32,000 nt of DNA from Telmatocola sphagniphila (GTDB lineage Bacteria; Planctomycetota; Planctomycetia; Gemmatales; Gemmataceae), in contig NZ_CP074694.1 of assembly GCF_018398935.1 (NCBI RefSeq), positions 360,001-392,000 of the forward strand. The letters run 5' to 3'. The notes beneath the pieces were generated by a model that searched no databases, was not told the DNA's origin, and saw only the letters and a list, made by a program, of their open reading frames with translations. A program made the translations under genes and the position numbers. Below, piece after piece: positions 18,933 through 27,154 of the stretch. How positions within the stretch are numbered: the stretch's first letter is position 1; every line of letters begins with the position of its first letter.

Positions 18933-19074
18933 AACTCCTCGATTCCTGGGTTATGATAATTTCCTTCGTAGCATTGCGGACCTTCCCACTTTCTCCGTGA
19001 CTTCCCGAACCTGTCGAACTAGAAATAAACTAACCTACCGAATCGCCCGAATCGCACGACGAGGTGAGTGATCC

Positions 19075-20241
<1,167 letters not shown>

Positions 20242-20252
20242 AAGTGAGACTC

Positions 20253-20284
20253 GAAGCTTGCCAGAAATCTATCTGGCGAGCTTC
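20253..20284. terminator. Stem-loop between convergent genes (possible bidirectional terminator)
   Basis: gaagcttgccaga (20253-20265) pairs with tctggcgagcttc (20272-20284), giving a 13-bp stem with one G-U position and a 6-nt loop. No clean U-tract follows on either strand. Confidence 0.4.
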
Positions 20285-20297
20285 CTTCGCCGTTTGA

Positions 20298-20624
20298 CTA
20301 TTCCTTCTGTTTTTCCAGTTCCACCATTTCGATGATTTCTTCCACAGGGATCCAGACCAGCATCTTGGGGAAGGTTTCCTTGGTCACGTTGTAACCCACA
20401 ACTTCCCGTCCTACTAAAAATACCCGACCCGCAATTATCTTCATGTCAATTTGATTCAAGGTGGTCATAACGTTCTTAGAATGAACGTACACGACTTTGT
20501 CGATGAACGGATTGGCAGGCTGCGCTGCCTGCGGAGGAGCCTGTCCCCCGGCAGGTAGGATCAGAAAGCCGCCGGCGGCCACCAGGGCCAGGACCGAAAA
20601 CACTACGATATTACGTTTGCTCAT
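20298..20624 (-). CDS. Small signal-anchored hypothetical protein
   Basis: 108 aa with GAGGTG 6 nt upstream of the ATG. Hydrophobic N-terminus (IVVFSVLALVAAGGFLILPAGG), then a Pro/Ala/Gln linker and a small domain. Confidence 0.55.
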   Translation of the reverse strand: MSKRNIVVFSVLALVAAGGFLILPAGGQAPPQAAQPANPFIDKVVYVHSKNVMTTLNQIDMKIIAGRVFLVGREVVGYNVTKETFPKMLVWIPVEEIIEMVELEKQKE

Positions 20625-20737
20625 GACTACACCTCGCTTGGGTCTATTAGCGGATAATACCCAGGGAGGCTTTGTTCTGTCAATCGTGAGATGATTGGTT
20701 AAACTAGTCTCATACTTCGAGCCCCGGAGACTTGTTG

Positions 20738-21883
20738 ATGTCGTCGCTGCTTTACTTCCTGGTTTTCATTCAGTCTCAGCCCGAAGAGCCCGGCGTCCAG
20801 AAAGCTGAAGCTCTAGTCCGGCAACTGGCCGATCCTTCGTTTCTGAAGCGGGAAGCGGCCTCGCGCGAACTGATTGCGCTGGGGAGTTTGGCAAAACAGG
20901 CGGTGCAAAAAGGGGGGCTGAGTCGGGATGCCGAGGTGCGTGATCGCTGCCGTATCATTTTCCCGCAGATACTGAGTCTGGATATCAAGCAGAGATTGAA
21001 TCGCCTGGAAAAACTTGAGGGAAATGTTGCTCAGATCGATTTGCCGGGTTGGAAGAGACTGACGCGATTGGGAGGTTTGGACGACAAGGCCCGAGCCAAG
21101 TATTTGGCGGTTCTCCGTCAGCATATCCCGGAAATCATCTTGCTCGAAAGCGATCCCCGGGCATTCGTCAACCACTACGAATCTCGCCTGATGTCCCTGC
21201 ACGATTTTAATGGAGAAGCCATCCGGGGATTCCGCGAAGCGGCCTATCAGGTCGAATTGAATTTTGCCACCGATGAGTTGATGTTCTGGCTGATCACCCT
21301 CTCGGACGAACGGGCGCTGAAGCAAACGGAGCGGCAGGACGATAAGCGGTATGGTCATCTGAAACTGCTTCTGAAGCAATTAACCTTCATGCGGCACTGG
21401 ATCGACAAGGATCGCAACACTCTGACCGAAGCTCTGCTGGTCGCCACACTGGAAGAATTCGTCTCGGACTCCGCCGATTCTGGAATTCTGTTTTTCGGCT
21501 TCGATTTGCTACAAAAGCGGCCACTCTCGCGCATGGCCGATCTCTCCGCCAGCATTTTGAAGCGACACATCAAGAATAGCGACCTGAACTTAAAAGCCCT
21601 GAGTACTCTGGGTCGATTCGGACACCCCGATCACCTTCAGGTTCTCGAAAAATTCCTGCTGGATAGTTCCACGCTCGCAAGCGGCTACTATCCCGGTTAC
21701 ATCACGCAGTATCGCGACTTCGCACTGGCCATGGCCTTGCGCATTCAGAAACAGCGCCCCCAGCATTTTGGCTTCGCTCTGGATGTCAATTCGCCAGAGC
21801 CTAAAGCGATGTCTTACGGCTTTAAGGAGGAAGCGCAGCGGCAGAAAGCCTTCGAAATGTATGGCGACTTTCTTCGAAAATGA
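20738..21883 (+). CDS. Hypothetical protein (helical-repeat-like)
   Basis: ATG 20738 is preceded by GGAGA 8 nt upstream (the track start 20732 is TTG). Host-like codon usage. I recognised no motif. Confidence 0.5.
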   Translation: MSSLLYFLVFIQSQPEEPGVQKAEALVRQLADPSFLKREAASRELIALGSLAKQAVQKGGLSRDAEVRDRCRIIFPQILSLDIKQRLNRLEKLEGNVAQIDLPGWKRLTRLGGLDDKARAKYLAVLRQHIPEIILLESDPRAFVNHYESRLMSLHDFNGEAIRGFREAAYQVELNFATDELMFWLITLSDERALKQTERQDDKRYGHLKLLLKQLTFMRHWIDKDRNTLTEALLVATLEEFVSDSADSGILFFGFDLLQKRPLSRMADLSASILKRHIKNSDLNLKALSTLGRFGHPDHLQVLEKFLLDSSTLASGYYPGYITQYRDFALAMALRIQKQRPQHFGFALDVNSPEPKAMSYGFKEEAQRQKAFEMYGDFLRK

Positions 21884-21886
21884 CAA

Positions 21887-22312
21887 TCAGGATTTCCGCG
21901 ACACGACTACCAGTCCGGCTAAGATTAACGCCGTGCCGATGGCTACCCGCAAAGTGATTTTTTCGCCCAGGAGCAACCAGGCCAGCAGCACGGCCACGAC
22001 GAAGCTTCCCTTGTCGATTAAGGCAATCGTTGAAACCTCTCCCAGTTGTAGCGCTTTGTAATAAAAGATCCAGGAAATGACCGTGGTGGCCGCAGAAAGG
22101 CCGAGCCACAGGTAATTTCCTTTGGTGAGTTGATCGAATTCTGATCGGGAAACCGTGAGTGCTGCAAAACCGAGAACGAAAACGCAGACGAACGCCGTGC
22201 GGACCGAAAGCCCGAGTTCGCTGCCGATACCCGAGAGGCCTTGTTTGGCGATTACCGAAGTAAAACCGGCGAAAATCATGGAGATGATCGCATAAAGAAT
22301 CCATCGTTCCAT
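21887..22312 (-). CDS. Half-size EamA-domain (DMT superfamily) transporter
   Basis: I start at ATG 22312 (MERWILYAIISMIFAGFTSVIAKQGL), which is preceded by AGGAAG. ~141 aa with 4-5 hydrophobic helices and a C-terminal ALILAGLVVV typical of a single EamA domain. Divergent from the encapsulin operon. Confidence 0.7.
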   Translation of the reverse strand: MERWILYAIISMIFAGFTSVIAKQGLSGIGSELGLSVRTAFVCVFVLGFAALTVSRSEFDQLTKGNYLWLGLSAATTVISWIFYYKALQLGEVSTIALIDKGSFVVAVLLAWLLLGEKITLRVAIGTALILAGLVVVSRKS

Positions 22313-22549
22313 CGCTGCTTCCTTTATCCCTGGCCAGGTCACGGACGAACTGCTTCTGATTATAGCCAACAAAATTGGTCCACTTGGTAAGGTTGACAAA
22401 GTGGGTAGAGCGGGAGATTCTCTTTGGCCGACAGGCTATCGAGCTTTTATCCTACTACTAATAAATTTCAACGATTGATTGTACATCCCAGACGCAGGAA
22501 TTAGGACATGTCGGACAATCTGTTACAGCGGAGTGTCACCACTGCAGTA

Positions 22550-23921
22550 GCCCGTAACCTGGCGAACACGACGAAGACATCGCCGAAGATGACGTCGATC
22601 ACGCCGCGTTGGCTGTTGAGTTTATTGCCGTGGGTTCAGGTGGACGGGGGCACGTACCGTGTGAATCGTACGAAGGTGGAGTTATCGAAGGCGGCGCGTA
22701 TAGGAGTGGATGTGTCTGGGGGAGTGGCGTCGTTTGCTCCGGAGTCGTTGCGGGGTGTTCCGTTGTTTTCGGGTTTGCCGGACGGTGTGGTGAGTCGTAT
22801 GGCGAGTCGATTCAAGACGGAAGAGGTATCGTTGGGTAACAAGTTGATAGTGGAGGGTGAGGACCGGAGCAAGTTTTTCATAATAGCGCAGGGTCAGGTG
22901 GAGGTATTGAGCAAGGGTATTCACGGGAGTGACTTGCGAATCGCGTTATTGTCGGATGGGGAGTATTTTGGGGAGAGCGATTTGGTGTTGGACAATCGTC
23001 CGTCGGATGTGACGGTACGTACGACGACGCCGTGTGTGTTGGTGACGTTATCGCGTAAGGATTTGGATGGGGTGTTGGAGGAGTCGGGGAATTTGCGGGA
23101 GGATTTTAATCGTGCGATCAAGGAGCATATGGATTTGCGTTCGACGGTGAATCGTTATGGGGAGCGGAACATAGATTTGGTGAGTGGATTTGCGGAGAAC
23201 GTGGAGATACCTGAGACGTTTGTGGATTATTCATCGAGTCCGCGGGAGTATTCGTTATCGTCGGTTCAGACGGTGGTGCGTGTTCATACGCGGGTGTCGG
23301 ATTTGTACAACGGTCCGTTCAATCAGTTAGAAGAGCAGATGCGTTTGACGATCGAGGGTATTAAGGAGCGTCAGGAGTGGGAGTTGATCAACAACAAGAA
23401 GTTTGGATTGATCAATTCGGTGGATCCGGCGATGCGTATCAGTACGCGATATGGGGCACCGACGCCGGACGATTTGGATGAGTTGTTGGCGTTGGTGTGG
23501 AAGAAGCCGGCTTTTTTTCTGGCTCATCCGAAGGCGATAGCGGCGTTTGAGCGGGAGTGTACGTGGCGGGGTGTTCCCCGGTGACGATGAATTTGTTTGG
23601 GACTCCGGTGATCAGTTGGCGGGGTGTGCCGTTGGTTCCGTGCGACAAGTTGGAGATGAAGAGTCGTTATCAGTCGAATCAGTGGTTTGGTACGACGAGT
23701 ATATTGTTGGTGCGGGTGGGTGAGGCGGACCAGGGTGTGGTGGGTCTTCATCAGGCGGGGATACCCGGGGAGATCATGCCGAGTCTGTCGGCTCGATTGA
23801 TGGGTTTGGACAGTTTGGGAGTGGCATCGTATCTGTTGACGCTGTACTTTTCGTGTGCGGTGCTGACCGACGATGCGTTGGGCGTTCTCGAAAACGTCGA
23901 AGTCGGATACTACCACGATTA
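22550..23921 (+). repeat. Direct repeat copy A (1372 nt) of tandem shell-gene duplication, period 1506 bp
   Basis: I compared it by eye against 24056..25428. Only two differences were found: C22593 versus T24099, and the C4/C5 indel. Confidence 0.9.
22751..23101 (+). other. Cyclic-nucleotide-binding (CAP effector-type) domain inside shell copy A
   Basis: Same sequence as in copy B: [19 protein letters not shown] ... [22 protein letters not shown]. Confidence 0.7.
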
Positions 23922-24013
23922 CGAACATCGCAAAAATGGATTCGAACACGGGCTGGGAATCTAATTTCCCCTTATTCTTCTCAAAGCGAACACAACTCTA
24001 GAGGTGCATGCAT

Positions 24014-25456
24014 ATGTCTGATGGTCTTCTGCAACGGAGTGTCACTACTTCCGTGGCCCGTAACCTGGCGAACACGACGAAGACATCGCCGAAGATGATG
24101 TCGATCACGCCGCGTTGGCTGTTGAGTTTATTGCCGTGGGTTCAGGTGGACGGGGGCACGTACCGTGTGAATCGTACGAAGGTGGAGTTATCGAAGGCGG
24201 CGCGTATAGGAGTGGATGTGTCTGGGGGAGTGGCGTCGTTTGCTCCGGAGTCGTTGCGGGGTGTTCCGTTGTTTTCGGGTTTGCCGGACGGTGTGGTGAG
24301 TCGTATGGCGAGTCGATTCAAGACGGAAGAGGTATCGTTGGGTAACAAGTTGATAGTGGAGGGTGAGGACCGGAGCAAGTTTTTCATAATAGCGCAGGGT
24401 CAGGTGGAGGTATTGAGCAAGGGTATTCACGGGAGTGACTTGCGAATCGCGTTATTGTCGGATGGGGAGTATTTTGGGGAGAGCGATTTGGTGTTGGACA
24501 ATCGTCCGTCGGATGTGACGGTACGTACGACGACGCCGTGTGTGTTGGTGACGTTATCGCGTAAGGATTTGGATGGGGTGTTGGAGGAGTCGGGGAATTT
24601 GCGGGAGGATTTTAATCGTGCGATCAAGGAGCATATGGATTTGCGTTCGACGGTGAATCGTTATGGGGAGCGGAACATAGATTTGGTGAGTGGATTTGCG
24701 GAGAACGTGGAGATACCTGAGACGTTTGTGGATTATTCATCGAGTCCGCGGGAGTATTCGTTATCGTCGGTTCAGACGGTGGTGCGTGTTCATACGCGGG
24801 TGTCGGATTTGTACAACGGTCCGTTCAATCAGTTAGAAGAGCAGATGCGTTTGACGATCGAGGGTATTAAGGAGCGTCAGGAGTGGGAGTTGATCAACAA
24901 CAAGAAGTTTGGATTGATCAATTCGGTGGATCCGGCGATGCGTATCAGTACGCGATATGGGGCACCGACGCCGGACGATTTGGATGAGTTGTTGGCGTTG
25001 GTGTGGAAGAAGCCGGCTTTTTTTCTGGCTCATCCGAAGGCGATAGCGGCGTTTGAGCGGGAGTGTACGTGGCGGGGTGTTCCCCCGGTGACGATGAATT
25101 TGTTTGGGACTCCGGTGATCAGTTGGCGGGGTGTGCCGTTGGTTCCGTGCGACAAGTTGGAGATGAAGAGTCGTTATCAGTCGAATCAGTGGTTTGGTAC
25201 GACGAGTATATTGTTGGTGCGGGTGGGTGAGGCGGACCAGGGTGTGGTGGGTCTTCATCAGGCGGGGATACCCGGGGAGATCATGCCGAGTCTGTCGGCT
25301 CGATTGATGGGTTTGGACAGTTTGGGAGTGGCATCGTATCTGTTGACGCTGTACTTTTCGTGTGCGGTGCTGACCGACGATGCGTTGGGCGTTCTCGAAA
25401 ACGTCGAAGTCGGATACTACCACGATTATCAGCACCGGATGTCTACTCCAAAATAA
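24014..25456 (+). CDS. Family 2B encapsulin nanocompartment shell protein (HK97-fold with cNMP-binding domain), intact copy
   Basis: 480 aa. ATG 24014 aligns with the copy A start and has AGAGG 10 nt upstream (an alternative ATG lies at 24008). The N-terminal block [40 protein letters not shown] matches, from memory, the conserved N-arm of family 2 encapsulins such as SrpI. A cNMP-binding domain follows, then ~280 further residues with no helix-turn-helix. The downstream gene is an N-terminally extended cysteine desulfurase. The HK97 fold itself cannot be verified by eye. Confidence 0.7.
   Translation: MSDGLLQRSVTTSVARNLANTTKTSPKMMSITPRWLLSLLPWVQVDGGTYRVNRTKVELSKAARIGVDVSGGVASFAPESLRGVPLFSGLPDGVVSRMASRFKTEEVSLGNKLIVEGEDRSKFFIIAQGQVEVLSKGIHGSDLRIALLSDGEYFGESDLVLDNRPSDVTVRTTTPCVLVTLSRKDLDGVLEESGNLREDFNRAIKEHMDLRSTVNRYGERNIDLVSGFAENVEIPETFVDYSSSPREYSLSSVQTVVRVHTRVSDLYNGPFNQLEEQMRLTIEGIKERQEWELINNKKFGLINSVDPAMRISTRYGAPTPDDLDELLALVWKKPAFFLAHPKAIAAFERECTWRGVPPVTMNLFGTPVISWRGVPLVPCDKLEMKSRYQSNQWFGTTSILLVRVGEADQGVVGLHQAGIPGEIMPSLSARLMGLDSLGVASYLLTLYFSCAVLTDDALGVLENVEVGYYHDYQHRMSTPK
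24056..25428 (+). repeat. Direct repeat copy B (1373 nt) of tandem shell-gene duplication
   Basis: See copy A. The flanks are diverged: the first 42 nt of the two genes differ at 12 positions, and the 3-prime tails encode different C-termini (EHRKNGFEHGLGI versus QHRMSTPK). Confidence 0.9.
24257..24607 (+). other. Cyclic-nucleotide-binding (CAP effector-type) domain inside shell copy B
   Basis: [51 protein letters not shown] ... [40 protein letters not shown]. The FGE and downstream Arg of the phosphate-binding cassette are present. Confidence 0.75.
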
Positions 25457-25480
25457 TTCACCCCAACTGAGAGCGGCACC

Positions 25481-27130
25481 ATGAACGAAATCACTCCGGA
25501 TTTGATTGCTTCGATTGCCAGCCGGCTTTACAACGAGTTGCCGGGGGCGAATACTGTCCCCAAAACCGAGTCGGATCTGCAGGGAATCGCTTCTCAGGGA
25601 GCGTTACCCACATCTCCTGTGGGCGATTTGAAAGCGCCCCCGACCATGCCCGCATCGATCCTGCCAGCCATGCAGATGCCGCAATCTCCGAACCTGCCGA
25701 GTCTTCTTGAGGCGTTCCGTCCGATGCCGGAAAGCTATGCAATGCCGGTTCCGGAAGTGCAGCATGCCCCCAAAAATCCCGAAGGTTTGAAGGCCTTCGT
25801 TCAACGCGTTCAAATGACCGGAGTGCGCAAAGATTCGGGCCAGTGCAATTCCGACCTGGGAGATGGAATTGTTGCCAAGCTCTTCGATCCCCGAGTCCTC
25901 AATACCGGTTCGAGCCGGCCGTTGGATGTGGTGGCCATTCGCAAGGATTTCCCGGTCTTGCATCAGAAGATCCACGGCAAACCGCTGGCCTGGCTGGATA
26001 ACGCCGCGACGACTCAGAAACCCCAGAGCGTCATCGATGCCATCTCCCGTTTTTATGCCAACGACAACTCGAACATTCACCGGGGAGCCCATACCCTCGC
26101 CGCCCGGGCTACCGACGCTTACGAACAGGCCCGCCAGAAGGTGCAGACTTTCCTGGGAGCTTCCAGCGCAAAAGAAATCGTTTTCGTTCGGGGCACGACT
26201 GAGGGAGTGAACTTAATCGCTCAAACCTACGGCAAGAAATTTTTGCAGCCGGGCGATGAAATCGTTTTATCCACGCTCGAGCACCACGCGAACATCGTTC
26301 CCTGGCAGATGATCGCCAAGGAAAAAGGGGCGATCATTCGAGTCATTCCGGTCAACGACCGCGGCGAAATCATGCTCGAGCAGTATCAAGCGATTCTCGG
26401 GCCGAAAACCAAATTGGTGGCTCTCACTCACGCTTCCAATAGCCTCGGAACGATCCTGCCGGTGTCGGAAATGACGCAACTGGCCAAGCGCTATAACGCT
26501 CGGGTGCTGATCGATGGAGCCCAATCGGTTTCGCACATGCCGGTCGATATGCAGCAACTGAACTGCGATTTCTTCGTATTCTCCGGCCACAAGATTTTTG
26601 GTCCAACAGGTATCGGTGCGGTGTACATCAAGGAAGAATTGCACGAGATGCTGCCGCCCTGGCAAGGGGGCGGCAATATGATTCGCAACGTGACGTTCGA
26701 AGAAACCACCTACAGCGATGCCCCGGCCAAATTCGAAGCGGGTACGCCGAATATCGCGGACGCGGTCGGACTGGGGGCGGCTCTCGATTACGTCAATCGC
26801 ATCGGCCTGGTCAACATCGGCCAGTACGAACACAAACTTCTGGAATACGCGACCGAAAAATTGTCGCACATTCCCGGCCTGCGATTACTGGGCACCGCCA
26901 AGGACAAAGTGAGTGTGATCTCTTTCGTGTTGAAGGATCGCAAGACGGAAGAGGTAGGCCGAATGCTCGATCAGGAAGGAATTGCCGTGCGGGCGGGGCA
27001 CCACTGTGCCCAGCCTTCGCTGCGCCGATTTGGTGTGGAAAGCACCGTACGGCCTTCGTTCTCTCTTTATAATACGATGGAAGAGGTCGATCGATTGGTC
27101 GATGCGGTGCGGCGAATTCAACGAGTTTAA
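25481..27130 (+). CDS. SufS/CsdA-type cysteine desulfurase (class V aminotransferase) with ~147-aa disordered N-terminal extension
   Basis: Core motifs: RKDFPVLHQKIHGKPLAWLDNAATTQKP, NIHRGAHTLA, SGHKIFGPTGIGAVY (PLP lysine), RAGHHCAQP (catalytic Cys loop). Residues 1-147 are Pro/Ala/Met/Ser-rich with no counterpart in canonical SufS, which starts near the xxVRxDFPVL block. Confidence 0.9.
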   Translation: MNEITPDLIASIASRLYNELPGANTVPKTESDLQGIASQGALPTSPVGDLKAPPTMPASILPAMQMPQSPNLPSLLEAFRPMPESYAMPVPEVQHAPKNPEGLKAFVQRVQMTGVRKDSGQCNSDLGDGIVAKLFDPRVLNTGSSRPLDVVAIRKDFPVLHQKIHGKPLAWLDNAATTQKPQSVIDAISRFYANDNSNIHRGAHTLAARATDAYEQARQKVQTFLGASSAKEIVFVRGTTEGVNLIAQTYGKKFLQPGDEIVLSTLEHHANIVPWQMIAKEKGAIIRVIPVNDRGEIMLEQYQAILGPKTKLVALTHASNSLGTILPVSEMTQLAKRYNARVLIDGAQSVSHMPVDMQQLNCDFFVFSGHKIFGPTGIGAVYIKEELHEMLPPWQGGGNMIRNVTFEETTYSDAPAKFEAGTPNIADAVGLGAALDYVNRIGLVNIGQYEHKLLEYATEKLSHIPGLRLLGTAKDKVSVISFVLKDRKTEEVGRMLDQEGIAVRAGHHCAQPSLRRFGVESTVRPSFSLYNTMEEVDRLVDAVRRIQRV

Positions 27131-27154
27131 CTCAAGCTGAATGGAGTCCCAGTT

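Larger units (their letters stand above)
22508..23964 (+). pseudogene. Family 2B encapsulin shell protein, upstream tandem copy, interrupted by a 1-nt deletion (ORFs 22508..23584 and 23557..23964)
   Basis: The two track ORFs (358 aa and 135 aa) together match the intact 480-aa downstream copy residue for residue. The break is at a C4 run (23576-23579) that is C5 (25082-25086) in the intact copy, giving ccc cgg tga. Confidence 0.7.

Noticed and set aside
22393-22421. TTGACA hexamer with a 17-nt spacer as promoter of the shell operon
   Set aside because: The candidate -10 (gattct) matches the consensus poorly, and planctomycete promoter rules are not well defined. I mention it under findings but do not call it as a feature.
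23570-23590. Programmed ribosomal frameshift or transcriptional slippage rescuing copy A
   Set aside because: Rescue needs a -1 shift, but after the shift the P-site Pro-tRNA would face tcc, so there is no X XXY YYZ slippery heptamer. A C4 run is short for RNA polymerase slippage, and no obvious downstream stimulatory structure was seen. It cannot be fully excluded without data.
23524-25435. Arg/His/Gln/Thr-rich minus-strand ORFs inside both shell copies (for example 24833..25435 at 200 aa and 23524..23949 at 141 aa)
   Set aside because: They are a by-product of the C-poor, G/T-ending sense codons, which leave few stop codons on the antisense strand. They are duplicated only because the DNA is duplicated.
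24014-25456. Reading the 480-aa cNMP-domain protein as a Crp/Fnr transcription factor
   Set aside because: It is about twice the size of Crp/Fnr proteins. It has ~80 conserved residues before the cNMP domain and ~280 after it, with no helix-turn-helix. Its gene context (extended desulfurase plus rhodanese) fits a family 2B encapsulin instead.
22508-25456. The 1.5-kb tandem repeat as an insertion sequence or other mobile element
   Set aside because: There is no transposase, integrase, terminal inverted repeats or target-site duplication. The repeat unit is a gene body with diverged ends.
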